From Pecten maximus (taxonomy: Eukaryota), in assembly GCF_902652985.1 (NCBI RefSeq), contig NC_047023.1, forward strand, positions 23,994,001-24,058,000: 64,000 bases of DNA, in the 5' to 3' direction. Shown piece after piece: positions 13,101 through 26,790 of the stretch. Every line of letters begins with the position of its first letter. Position 1 is the first letter of the stretch. The notes below the pieces were generated by a model. The model saw only the letters and a program-made list of their open reading frames with translations, did not search any database and was not told the origin of the DNA. The position numbers and the translations under genes are program-made.

Positions 13101-13744
13101 TTTATATACCATTGTTTACTCAAATACCTTACTTCCTCTCTACATTAGAATTAATTGTATCAAATGTTGTAATTTACATATGGTTAATTATCACAGACTA
13201 TATCCATTTGTCCTTAGTATAAAAATATACATTTTAAATTGAAAAGTTTCATAATTAACTATTGTATTACCATTCGATAAGGAATGTTTAGTTGATGTGA
13301 CGTGACTGACAGAGTGAGGTCCCTTAACACACCATTCCTTGTGAAATCATCTGAATATCACTGAAGTATATTGGCGACACGCCACTGATATACTTACCAT
13401 CGATATTTTGACAGAAAACGAAATCCCGTTCAAGCCTACATCGCTAAAGCACGCGTCATATCAAATGTAAGGTGTAGAAGTTAAAGTGATTTTCTACTCC
13501 TGGGGATATAAGAAGGATTTGGGTCATTTTGAGATGTTTCGATGTCGCAGTGATTCTCCGACATTTAGTGATGCCGACTAGACGTATAGTAGCGACCTTT
13601 CTATCGTGATTGTATCCCGACTAATATCTATATGTACATTGTGACGTAGGTAATCATGCCATCTAATAATTCGTATGTATGACCAATCCAGGCAATCGGG
13701 CTGTTTGGCATGGCCACATCAAAACATCTCTTTTATGGGTAGTC

Positions 13745-13830
13745 GACCCGGTGCAGTGGTATACGTTGTGGATATCTTTGGCTATGCGAGGTGGTGCCGT
13801 AGATCGTGAGTTCGAGACCCAGTCAGGCCT
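13745..13830 (+). mobile_element. Degenerate tRNA-like SINE head
   Basis: A-box-like CCGGTGCAGTGG and B-box GAGTTCGAGAC (13808-13818) at tRNA-like spacing. No recognisable body or tail. Confidence 0.35.
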
Positions 13831-15877
13831 CGATGCAAATGTGTCCATTGTAATGCAATGCCATTCATATATACTATATATAGATGAGCTAAAGCTTCGT
13901 ATTAAGTGATGTGCTGGCTACAAGCTAATCCGAGTTTCCTCTGACTCACTCGCCTATTGACGGAAAACCTGATGACTTGTCGGCGGGGGTAGGCGGGTGA
14001 GAGAAAACTTGGACTAACTCTAATTACGGCAGACTTCCCGTAAGCACAGTGTCTGTGTTGCAGGATTTTTACATACATACAGTGACAGGGAGCAATGTTC
14101 GATACGACATGTTGTTGATAAAGAAAACATTTGAAAGCGATGTTTAAGACTACGTGTTTTTTTTTTTGTAAATCAGTCTGCGATCTACCAGAAGTTACGT
14201 ATCGAAGACAAGTTTACTGGGGTTTTCTAGTCGATAGACGCCATGTGTTTTAAAACATGACTTTTCCTCCCGAAATCCAGAGAAGAACATTCAAGATTTT
14301 GATTTGGAGATTGATTTTTGCATAGAGCAGATTGAAATCCCGTACTTAAAGTAGAAATGTGTATTTAACAGATGACCGCGTGTTAGTAACCGATAACGTT
14401 ACAAGAGAATCATGTGAGTGATGTTAACAAATAGTAACATTCTCGGGAACTATACATCATTCCCCAAAAATCAAGACAAAAAGCAACAGTCGAAAACAAG
14501 CAATTGAAGTACCGAAATGTCCCCTTGGAAATAGATTCGGAGTATCATGACAGTAAAACGTCAGAGGCGGAAAAGACTCCCAAACGACAGAGTAGAACTC
14601 CCGGAATACGTATAAAACCCCGTTGGAAAGCTCGGAGAAAATCAATGATATCGATAAGCCCGTTACAAATACCCCGCCTATTATGGTTCCAATTTTTCGA
14701 ATTAATTGTTCCTAGAAGATTACTATGTCTGTTTGTAGCCTAGAGTACCTGTTTTATAGGACAATGTATGATTAAAGATACGGTCCCCGCAATGGGTTTG
14801 TCTGTGGGTGGGTTTTAACGTTTTTCGTCGATAATGAGAATGGTCAAACGTTCATTGTAAAGGATTCCCAAATAGAAGTTGTTTTAAGGAATTAATGGCC
14901 ATCTGCAACCATTGTTGTTTGTATCGAAGTTTACACGTGTAGCGGCTCGCGCTATTGTGATCTGTGAGTAAGTACATGCATTAGTCAAGTTCGCTGTTCG
15001 GACGTGCGAATTGGGATATCGGGTTTGGCTATAATAGATTAACAATCCTTTCATAGACATTGTGTTCAGGAGATTGCTACTATTCATAGTACGAGTTCGG
15101 GACCAATAAAAAGCGAGAGTGGTCATATCACTCTATTGATCAACTTGGCGACAGGTGGTCAGGCGTGGACAGTCTGTGTCTTGACCTGTCCACAAGAGGT
15201 CAAATCGACAGTTACAAACATGATTAGTTCCGTGGACACCGTTGGGACGTCATAAATTGGTGTATCAAAGTTGTCGTCAACACAAGAATACCTTAACTTG
15301 TAGAAGGGTATGGCCATGCACGCATTGGGTTTCCCATACACAGTGACTCATTTATAAGTGTAGAAATAAAACTAAACCGGAAAATGAATTAAAGTATGTA
15401 AATATAGAAGCTTTTCAAAATGCTCTTCAGATACCACTGTATTAACCCTAAGATATAGTGTATAGTATACATATTCCGTGGATTCCGACCTAAAGGCACA
15501 TTTGAGATGTATTAGTGATTTATGAATCAAAATATCAAGATCAAGATCAATATTTCATGGTTTTTTTTTGTTTTTGTTTTTGTTTGGTTCTTTTGATATC
15601 AATTACAATATTTCAAATATGTGGGCAATGTTTCTTGAACAACCTGGTATCATTTAAAAGATTGCTTCTGACGGTGACTTCAGATCTCGCAAGGGAACGT
15701 GTCAAAATGTCACAGTGATTCCATTGTGTCCATAGACCTTTTTTTCTAGTAATGTCACCGAATAACACATGGGATCGGAGTCCTTTTTGAAGGTTGGTCA
15801 ATAAATTATCAGATATTATTACATAACAGGCCCGTTTTACCAGGAAATACAGCATATCATAGGCACACGTGAACATT

Positions 15878-16085
15878 TATGACGTCAAAACAAATATGAT
15901 ATATAATCATATTATGACGTCGCACGATTGTGTCTGTGGAGAAGCCAGTCCGTCCGAGTTGCAAGTCTCTCTGATATAGAAAGTAACTGAAGAGATCACT
16001 TACATTCTTATAAACATGATTTTAAGTGATAAACAGAATTGCTGACTCGTGGAATATAAAATATAAGACTCGTTTAATAAATTAT
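15878..16085 (+). mobile_element. Degenerate fragment of a dispersed repeat, homologous to 37570-37880
   Basis: Collinear shared motifs TGACGTCA...TCGCA(C/T)GATTG...TCCGAG...TATAGAAA...AACTGAA...GTGATAAA..AAT...ACTCG...TTTAATAAAT. Confidence 0.6.
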
Positions 16086-16529
16086 AGAACCCTCTAATTA
16101 AGTACTGTTTAGAAATCACATATCTATCTTGACCTTAACCAATGCCTGAAAATAATACAAATTAAAAGAGTAGAAATCGGATCATGTGAAATCAGCATAG
16201 GATATATTTTCACTAGTAGGTGGCCGACCAAGAGGTTTGATAAATTTCGAAACTGGTTTCAGACGTCCAACTTTTCTTAAGAGACAGATGTAAAAACTTT
16301 CTTGTGTATCAGATACACGTGCATAATTTTTCGTTCTTTAAAAGAACCACATGCACATATCAGCGTTCTTTATATGGGACATTTGTACACATCCTCGAAC
16401 TTTATCAACGACACAATTTCATGTACAAATCCTTGTTCCTCGACCGTTATCAGATATACCCACGTACATATCCTCGAACATGTCTTTATCGCATACAATT
16501 GTACATATCCTGAATTTTTTTTGCCAGAA

Positions 16530-16920
16530 ACACGTGTACAAATCCTCGTTCTTTATCAGAGACACATATACAAATCCTCGTTCTTTATCAGAGACACATA
16601 TACAAATCCCCGTTCTTTATCAGAGATACATATACAAATCCTCGTTCTTTATCAGAGATACATATACAAATCCCCGTTCTTTATCAGAGATACATATACA
16701 AATCCTCGTTCTTTATCAGAGATACGTGTACAAATCCTCGTTCTTTATCAGAGATACATATACAAATCCTCGTTCTTTATCAGAGACACATATACAAACC
16801 CCGTTCTTTATCAGAGATACATATACAAATCCTCGTTCTTTATCAGAGATACGTGTACAAATCCTTGTTCTTCATCAGAGACACGTACACAAATCCTCGT
16901 TTTTTATCAGATACACGTGT
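16530..16920. repeat. 32-bp minisatellite (TACAAATCCTCGTTCTTTATCAGAGATACATA)n, ~12 copies; degenerate copies back to ~16305
   Basis: Visible tandem units at 32-bp spacing (16571, 16603...). This explains the overlapping ORFs at 16302-17031. Confidence 0.95.
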
Positions 16921-17989
16921 ATTAATCTCAGAACATTACCAAAGACAACGATAGGTGATCAATCATGGTATCGTGATTTACACAAATTACCTGCATCAGT
17001 CCGCATTACCGTACTAATGTCAGTAGTATAAGCCGGATAAAATAGTATGTTGTTGCACGCTTCAACACTCGTCTTCATGACACAAGATACGGGGGCCCCA
17101 TCTCTAAACCAAATCGATCGTCATTCATTCTCATATAGATTTACGTTTTTACTATTTTATAACGCTTAGATAATGTCAAGAAAGAGAAATACAAAATTCT
17201 GAATACTTTTCCTTTTCATCGCGGTCCACATTTCGTGTTCGCCTTGTTCTGAAGACGTGACTCTACAGCTGCGACTAACGGGATTGCAATTTGATATGGA
17301 AACCTAATTGCTACAACACGTCTATCGTAAAATCGAGTTTCTATCATAAAACACCACGGCAAAATTACATTATTGTTCTTTTTCATCAATTTAATTACAT
17401 AAAGGGTTTCACTTGATTATAGATGTTCACTTTCATCTAAAAACAGAAGAAACTATTTTTGATATCAGTTGTAGAGGAAATACTGCAGTATTTTATTGTA
17501 ACAAATACTCCCATCTCTAGCTGCTTAGCTGGTATTGTATTCTAAATAAGCGTTTTGTGGCTGGAGACACCGTCGGTGTTCCGTGTATCAATGGTCGGTA
17601 TTTTCCACCAGTAGTAGATTGTGACAATACGCCTGCCATACTAGAGCTGCTAACTGTTGAATTGCTATGAAAGGTTACCTGGGCTATAGACACCGCTTCC
17701 ATTACCCTGGTCCTCAGTAGTGTGCGCGTGATGCATTGCCATGCTGCGTTAAGACGTAAATGTCGATTTCAACTATAACCAACCTTACGACTGAACACGC
17801 TCGGGACTCGTTCTGGATCATTTTAACAGAGTCACTAAACACCTGCACAGAGTCAAGCACATGTATCCTTAACGAAATTTCAGATTATTGTTGATCATAC
17901 ACTTCATTTACCAGACTACCGAGTTTAAACAGATAAAAAACGAAACATTTTTTTACTTTAATAGACCTGGGAAGTTGATAGACACTGGA

Positions 17990-18226
17990 ATCATGCGCGC
18001 CTGGGTAAATGTCCAAGGATGACAATGGTTCGATCCCTACACGGGGCGGTCCTCAGGAAGCTGGGAATACGGACAATAGACAAGGCATTTTACATATATG
18101 TGTTGAATGATTCTCATGCTACCTGTTTCCCGTATGTTGTTCAGTGAGGTAGCCACCAGCTAGTAGGAAACCCCACTCAAAATGATCATGGTTGTTCAGT
18201 GGGCGATAACCAAAGAAAAACAACAA
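17990..18226 (+). mobile_element. Degenerate tRNA-derived SINE (CORE-like family)
   Basis: B box GGTTCGATCC (18027-18036). Segment CCCGTATGTTGTTCAGTGAGGTAGCCACCAGCTAGTA (18129-18165) matches the reverse complement of 37393-37429. Tail AAATGATCATGGTTGTTCAGTGGGCGATAACC is followed by an A/C-rich end. Confidence 0.7.
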
Positions 18227-19296
18227 TGCAGTTCTTCTCATAAACTACACGTGTGATTTACAGAAGAGACGCACGTGCTAAGGTCTTAGGTGTTGCAGTT
18301 TGCGACATAATCGATATGGGTACATTGTGATATGTTGATATTGACCTTCAATGAAGATAACATATTCTAAACAACTATAGACTTGTACTTGGTTTTCGTT
18401 AATCAATTAATGATAACCTGGTATCATACAAGTTTACGTTATACATAGGTTATAGCTCCGTTGATTTTCAATTTAAAGCATCAAATTAAATAATACGATT
18501 TAAGGTCAAGTACATTAAATAAACAAACATTTTTCGATCATTGACCTACAAAAAAACTGAACGTGCATGAAATTTCCGGCTGGTGTCTTAATTATTCATC
18601 ATACATGTTATACCGAGGTTGGGGTTTTAATTACAAAAGGTAAATGTCAAACACATTGACTTAACAAAACCCATATAAAATAGCGCGTGTTAATGTAGTT
18701 TTCAAAGTAGTTTAGCTATAGAAGTCGCTTGAGCCGAAACAATAATGTCGTTTTCACTATCATACGGATGTTATATGACTATCCCTTAGGAACTACATTT
18801 TTTGTAGGTCAACGTCCGTTTGTGTTTTGACTTATATTCCTAGGATGTTGGATCGGCACTGACCTGTGAATCGTTGCCCTTTAAATTATTTTATTGCTTA
18901 TCCATTGTCAATATGTTGTTGATTGTTTTTCTCATTTTCTGAATTGTAACATGTTAATGAAACTCGTTTACTATTTCTATCGCCATAACATGCATTGCTT
19001 TTATAATTATATAACCATTCATTTATGTTTTCAAAGTCATTTTCCTTGTCTATAAATCGCAATTTGTAAGAGTAATCCCCCGTCTTTTCATCGTGCAAGT
19101 GGTTCCTTTCATATACTGATTGACAAAGTTATCTCCCTTCGCTAATATTCTATAGAAGCAAGCGTTCATTACTTTTAAAATCGGATTTATTTTTCCTTAC
19201 ATGAAATTAAAATCATTTTAAAATCATAATCAATATATTGATATCCCGACTTTAATTTTGTGGTTTTCTGTTAGTTTATTTTTCGGAATATTCCCT

Positions 19297-19344
19297 ATGA
19301 CCCTGGCTGTTGATAGGGCGTTAAACAAAATAAACCTAAAACAA
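19297..19344 (+). mobile_element. 5'-truncated SINE/LINE 3' tail
   Basis: ATGACCCTGGCTGTTGATAGGGCGTTAAACAAAATAAACC is near-identical to the tails of the SINEs at 3293 and 24615. Confidence 0.8.
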
Positions 19345-21128
19345 GGGTTATTCCCAAGTACTACCTTTCTAACATTGTAAGCTGTTTGCCATTGTTTTCA
19401 GAGTTAACCCCTCCCCCTCATCCCCCCAATTAATTTCATTCATTATCATTAGTGGTATTTCTCCTGTCTTTCTGACTTTGTAAACGTACGTTTTTCCGGG
19501 TTTCGGTTTCAATAACATTGATGAAACTAGGGGCCCAGCGAAGTGTGTAGATACTGCGCACTACCCACTACAATATTACAATATAATGATCCCGGATATA
19601 TCCGTAGATGAATCATTGCTGCTATATTATTATGCGGAAACGTGGTCTCGGATTCCTCCGTAGATTAACATGTAAGCCTCCATGTCCTACCCTACTATTA
19701 TACAGTATTGGGCAGTATTTGTTGACTATTCATGAGTATTGACCATACCTGCTCTGTGTTTGTACACTATCTGAACAGCTGGTGAATCTTACCATAGTCA
19801 TGTACTATCCGCCTATATAGCCTGTGTTTAGTCCTTACAAACTGTTGGATGGTAAGCTTTGTTGGTGTTCTGTTAAGTTCCCCGTAGGTTATCGCTACCC
19901 TGCCGAATTTTGATTTTTGTGTATGTCAACAGTGGTTGAGATAATATAGAGCTGAGCGTAATCTATTACTATACCGAAAGGTAGTTCAAATATAGTGACC
20001 CCGCAAATATGGCTGACGGAGATCCAGGTAGAAATCATGTCTCTGTTTTCAAATTTGTACGGCTGTACATGTGTTAATATATAATGATATGAAACATGTT
20101 ATCTATGGCGTTCAGCTGTAACTCGTCTATAGGAGCAAGGACATGTGTAGAATAAAATGTAGGTAATTGAATCGAAGGGAGATCGAAGTATACATAACGA
20201 CATCATGGAAATGACACTTAGCCCGTCGTATTTGTGGAACTTTTTCTTTTCTAATGGACGTGTTAAAACGTTTCTATTTAACGAATCAGTACATTTTCAT
20301 TTTCGTTCCTTGGAATATATACCTAATTCTCCAATTTATCGATTTCCTAGCAATTATCTGAGAAAATATATGTATAATTATTGCGTACCATACAAATCAA
20401 GTGCAGTAGAGATTCGTTGTCCTTGGCTTCCCTGGTATTTGACACTTAAAATCGAATGTTACTTGTACAGTGCTGTCGCTATTACTATGACTGACCTAAT
20501 GATAACCACATATTTGGATATTAAGAATAAATTTAATTTCTTTTACTATCATCAAATGTTCTCTCTAACATCTTGTTCCTGTATTCGTTCGCCTATATCT
20601 AAAATTGCAATTGAAAGTATTTCCTTCACTGTCGCCCGTCCAAGTTTTTCCTTGTTCCGTGGCCTCGCCTTAGCCGGGATCGCATCTGTTCGAACAACAT
20701 ATACGACCATTCTCTGGTTTGATAGATGCAGTAGGATCCCCAACCTTTAAATCTTCGTCTATATATCACTCTGAAGAAGTAGAGTCCCTGTCGTTTGAAC
20801 AGATGTTTCACAGTTGTCTCGAAATTCAGCGTGTATTGTTGATGTTTCATTTACTTGGTTAAGTCAGTTTTACGTTTAAAACACTTTGAGATTCGCTTGG
20901 TCCAATTATCACTAGTAACGATCGCTTCCCTGTTTGTCCTCCTGTGTATATAACATTGACGTTCCATCATTGAAACATAATATTGACGTAACTTCATTGA
21001 ACTATTGACATGACGTCATTGTAATACCCTAGCACTTAACAAAGAAATCACACTCTAGTGGGTGACAAATAAAACTTGAACAAGTAAAACGGGAGACAAA
21101 TCTGTGAATGATGGGAGAAATCATGATC

Positions 21129-21225
21129 ACCACCCACACCCCCACCCCCACCCCCACCCAAACCCAAACACCCCCACCCCAACCCCCACCCCTACAGCCC
21201 CCTCCATCCCCTACAGCACCTCCAA
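21129..21225. repeat. C-rich (CCCCCA)n-type low-complexity tract; G-quadruplex potential on minus strand
   Basis: More than ten runs of 3-5 C separated by 1-5 nt. Confidence 0.8.
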
Positions 21226-24200
21226 CTTCTGATATTTCCTTCATCACTTACGGAAACCATGGTAACATACTCAATTTTAATGTGTAGTACTCAGCGATGG
21301 GACATCAGTTGCAAAATAATGACTTCAGATTCACTTCAATGTCGATTCCAACATTAGACTCTAGTTGCGTCCTGTAAAAACACGTTGTTACTTTATAATG
21401 ACCCTGATAATAAAAGAAATCAACATTGGTTATTCTGTATCGCAAACAGATACAGCAACCTTTAGTGCTCTTCCGCTAAGCTGATATACTCACACCGACT
21501 TAATTCAAAACGACACACGATAATGGCTGGAATCACCCGGAGGAGGCAATCGCAACAGCAGTTGATAACGAGGTTACTACGATATGTAACTGCGCTTCAT
21601 CGAACGAAAAGATAAGATATTTCGTTTTCCTTGCTTCGAACATCAAAAGTGATTCCCCAAACAAAACAGAGAACATACAAAACCTTATTCGTATCTTATC
21701 TGGTCACGCAAACCTAATTATAGGTAGTATCATGTTCCTACTGATTAACCGTAGTGTTTTTGGAATTTTATATTGTATCTGAAATGGCGAGGAAAATTAC
21801 GATATTGCGAAATTCACATTCAACACATAACCAGCACATCTGTGTACGTCCTGTCGTCCACATATAGTGTGCACCTCGTCAGGCACGAGCGAAAAATCGT
21901 TGTAAAAGGATATGTTTATAAAATTTTATTTAAATTTTATTACGTGACGTATTCGTGACGTTGGATTAATGTCAATTTTATTACACACTAGCCCGGGGAA
22001 AGTACAGCGTTAGAACTTGTATTAGAGACACCAAGTCTAACACATGTCCAAAACCGACAACCCGTGTATTACATGTAGACGATTACGGTGGCTGATTGCG
22101 CAATTGAGGCTCGAAATGAGAAAATACCCCAGCGCGACAAAATGTACGCATAAACGCGACTGAATTACACAACAACGCGAAAGAGGTATACACCTCGCGT
22201 TTTCGGAGGAATTATATCTCGTATCGGGGTAATGTCGCGTTTTGCGTAGTTACTCTCTCACGTACTTTGTAACGTGCTGTTTAAAGAGTGGCAATACGCC
22301 ATACAGCGATAAGTGTACCCAGGCAAAGCGACACATTTCACGTTTTGCGGAAATATTCTCGAGTTTGGCGTAGATCACGTTGTCGTGCCGTCATATTATG
22401 CAAGATGGCCAAAACCAGATACTCCAGATGTTTAGATAATATTTATTATCTTGTCATACACTCCGGTTCCATTTTTGTGTGGGTTGTACAATATTTATTT
22501 ATAAAACTTTACTTAAATATATAGGAAAGACATTACTGATCAATGATCAAGGACAGGAAACGAGTAGACATATCTTCTTTTGTAATTTATCCTTGTGCTC
22601 TACATAAATTATATAAACACATACCCTATACTTGAAACACGATATCTGCTGGGAATCGTAGATATATCGATTTGAAAAACAAACTACATAATAACAGGAC
22701 GGAGGCCTTGGAGCCACCCACGGATGAGTAGATACATGGCGCCCCATGGGACCTTTGAACTGTCCCCGACGAGTTGCTCCCTGGTATAAAATTGGTCTAC
22801 ACTTCGTCTAGGTAGCTGTACTAACAACCAACATTTAGGCGGCTGTATGGGCTGTATGGAAAACATACCCTTAAATTCTCCCCCGCTACAGTAGTTTGTC
22901 ACAACGTAAATGACATAGTATCGCACACAATGCTGTTTATCCCCAAATCTACGAATAATGCACAACCATCTACTTTAGGGAGATCTACAGCGTAAACCCG
23001 GGCCACGAGCCAGTCTCCAACATCAAGCAGTAGTACTTGCATGGAGAAAGTGATTGTGTATTCGGAAGAATTTGTAGTTGATTTCGTGAGAGAAATCGTA
23101 AAACAGTATTTACATGTATGTTTTATGAACCCCAGGCATTCTTCAGGGCTTTTTGCTAGCGCCCATTCTTCTTCCAAGTTTACTTTTGGTTTCAAAGAAT
23201 AATATGATAGAAAACGATCAAATTATGTTGTCGTTCATATCGCATATAAATGCATGTTAGCAAAGTGTGCAAGTCATCGACGAAAATTGAACAGAATGAA
23301 GGTCTCGTTAGGAACAAACAAAACACAAGGCCTTTCCATTGCTATGTTAGACGTTAAAAATAGTTTGCCGGCATGTCTGCTTCTCCGACATGGAAATCAC
23401 GTGCGCCGAGGGAACATTTTGCAGATATTGCCCTTTGTCGGCAGGAGAGGATAACATGGAATTGTATGACTCATTTTCGATTGGGCTTTTGTTAACATCT
23501 ATCTAAATTAGTTATCGTTATATAGGAACTGTTTTATCCTTTTCTTCAAAATACCAAATCCTGATTTTTTCATTCATCATTAACGTTTACTCCTTGTATC
23601 ATAGAATATTCACGTTATAATATATTGTGAAGCTATTAAAATGGATATTTGAGTACTAAACTGAGCTAGTGACTAATGTTATTATCCTGAAACTCAGTTG
23701 GCTTTTATATTGCCTATAACCCTTATCTGAATGGAGTTTAATACTGACATTTCAATTCTTTCGCGTATAAAAGATAAATAATACAATAAAAATGATTATA
23801 ATTACGACCAAAAATACAGCAGAATGTATCTTAAAGGGCTTCTGGAATGTTCATCTATTTGAAGAGCCAATATCACAGCTCCCTATTCCCTTTTCACGAC
23901 AGCTTTCCAGCTCGCGTTCTCCTGAATGGAGACTTTCAAATAAGTCATGAGTCTGTTGTATGTCTTTTACTTCTCGTCCACATCCAGTGTATAATGCGGC
24001 TTCTTGCCTGCATTATGATCTCATTTACATTCATACTCATTATATTTCAGTATATCCTGTATTTGTCACATCTTGAAAAATTGCACGGATGATGTACTGG
24101 TTTTTTCTATAGTCTTTGAACAAATTTTCTCTTTTGTATACTGATTTTGTGGTAATTGTTGAACATGCACTACATACATCTTTCATTCTCTGACAATGGA

Positions 24201-24614
24201 AGTTGTGTATTCCAAAAATATCCAACTGTTGAAGTTTCCTAAACCTTTTGGAATATTCTATGTTGAAATATCCACATTGTCTCTAGTTGGGAATCCACAA
24301 AACACCTTTATATTTAAATGTCATTGTGTCCATTATAATGGATAATGGGATCACTAGCAATGAACCTAAGATTCCCTGGCACCGAAAACTGATCTCATAT
24401 GCAGGTCTAGGTAAATCATAAAGACAGCAGATAAACAGTTAGGTATATGAGGGCTAACAAGTTGAGTTTCTTTTTCTCACTCATACTTATAAAGCCACTA
24501 TTGGCAATGTTAGACACCGGAGACCTAAAACCTGGTTTATTCTCGCATTCCTAAGAGTGAAGTACTGATTTATCTTTCATATGTGGGTAGCAGGAGTATG
24601 TGTATTCTCCCCTA

Positions 24615-24814
24615 GGGGGTGGTTAAGGTGTCCCAACACTTTATCGCTAGCCCTCAACCTCTGGTTGCGAGTTCGAAACCTAGGTGAGACAGTTGTCAGG
24701 TACGGTGGTTTTTCTCCGGGTATTCCGGCTTTCTTCCACCTCTAAAACCTGGCACGTCCTTAAATGACCCTGGCTGTCAATAGGACGTTAAACAAAATAT
24801 ACCAAATATACCAA
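24615..24814 (+). mobile_element. tRNA-derived V-SINE-like element, second copy
   Basis: Collinear with 3293-3490. Retains the fuller V-domain-like GGTTTTTCTCCGGGTATTCCGGCTTTCTTCCACC. Most of the A box is deleted. Same tail. Confidence 0.9.
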
Positions 24815-26155
24815 TTGGCGTTACAAAATATGTACACACCTCGCCAACCCTTCCTCTTTTTATCGCATTTTGGGTAGAATTAATCCATCTGATGGGTTGG
24901 GAGGGGTGTTTACGTGAGATTCGCGTCTCACGTGGTGTAAAAGGGGTTTACGGGTTAAGACATGGTATTACGTGCGTCTTCTTTCCTAGACATGAGAGCC
25001 TGCTATCTTTGTATAACGTTCATATGTAACCGGGTAATATCATTATAATACCCGAGTTTTGTTTTCGTTGAGCCAGTTGTTGACTGTATTGGATGTGCTA
25101 ATCGGTTTTAGACACCAAACACATCAAATCAGTGACCGTTAGCTACTAATATCGAGGTTGTGTCTTGTCTCTGTGATGGTGGTAAAATGGATAATGATTT
25201 AGCACCGGGACTGCTCGACCACTGGACCCAAGAACACATTACCAACCAACATAAATCACAAAAACTTGTTCAGAGATTGTAAATCTTTCGAATTTTGATG
25301 TAACGGAAATTGTTATAGTCTCAATCCTTTCCTCTAACAGGGCCTTATCATGGCATGAATTATATAAAACTAAACACAGAGTAGTCGTCATTAAATTGGA
25401 TGTCTGTATATTTCTGCTAGTTACCAATGATTTCCATATTAAACTGTGTCGTCACTTCAAAGGAGAATATAAATTTGTAGTAATAAACAGAAATTGTGAC
25501 GGAGTCATTACGAATAGCCACACTGTAATGTTCTGTCCAGTCGCATTACGCAGTAAGCGTCCGAATCGATATGAGGTTTATGTACTTGCCAAATCCATCA
25601 TAAGAGTTGTCGTGTAAATCAAACATGTGGATGATTCAGACAGTTATCTCATAACTTAGTGTAAATGTGATAGACTTTTGATGAAAAGGGAATGACTCCC
25701 AATAAGTTTTACTCCCACGTTGATAACGATGGCCAAAATTAAAAATAAAACCTAATCGAATACAATTTTGCTTATTTATAGGACTGATCCTTACATTAGT
25801 GATGATTTTTTCTAGTTAAATTCATTCATTTATTTGCCTGTGAATCCTAATCCCTTTCAACATATTGTAGTCTTTTGCCCATGAAGTGAATTGGTGACGT
25901 AACAACGCGTAATTCATTGTCACTGTGCCCATACAATATGTGGATATAACTCAATAACAATATGCATCATCTTAATGAGTTCAGTATATAAAAAAAACTC
26001 AAATGTTAATATTTACTTTCATTTAGAGTTAATTAACCAACTGGACTGTTTCAGACACAGCATCATGCTTCTCACTAATAATACTTACATTCAGCAAAGG
26101 CTGATAGTGCGAGTGACGAAAACCATTTCTTGGTACATTGGAGAATTTTCTCTTT

Positions 26156-26790
26156 GACATTACACTGTATAACTTTATCCGTGACATTTACACTAGATAA
26201 TCATCTCAGTAATATTTACACTTGATAATTATCTTTGTAATATTTACACTGGGCAATTATCTTCGTAATATTTGCACTAGATAATTATCTCTGTGACACT
26301 TGAACTCGATAAATATTTCTGTAATATTTACACTAGATAATTTTCTCTGCAACACTTACTCTTAATTATTATCTCTGTAATATTAACACTGAATAATTTG
26401 CTCTATAATATTAACACTGAAATGTTTTATCTGTGACATTGACACTAGATACATTTACACTGGATACTTATCTCTGTAACATTTACACTGGATACTTATC
26501 TCTGTAACATTTACACGGGATACTTATCTCTGTAACATTTACTCGGGATACTTATCTCTGTAACATTTACACTGGATACTTGTCTCTGTAACATTTACAC
26601 GGGATACTTATCTCTGTAACATTTACACTGGATACTTATCTCTGTAACATTTACACGGGATCATTATCTCTGTAACATTTACACTGGATACTTATCTCGG
26701 TACCATTTACACTGGACACTTATCTCGGTACCATTTACACTGGATACTTATCTCTGTAACATTTACACGGGATCATTATATCTGTGACAC
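26156..26790. repeat. 28-bp minisatellite (ACATTTACACTGGATACTTATCTCTGTA)n; degenerate 5' half, homogeneous 26451-26790
   Basis: Visible tandem units. Confidence 0.93.

Noticed and set aside
16302-17031. 207- and 226-aa ORFs
   Set aside because: They overlap a 32-bp minisatellite and give the same peptide in different frames.
22684-23195. Overlapping minus-strand ORFs with LLLDVGDWLVARV (C1q/TNF-like strand)
   Set aside because: A single short motif only. The rest of the domain pattern and the splice signals are not evident.
24912-24933. 8-bp hairpin ACGTGAGA-TTCGCG-TCTCACGT as a Helitron 3' end
   Set aside because: No CTRR terminus at the expected distance and no matching 5' end.
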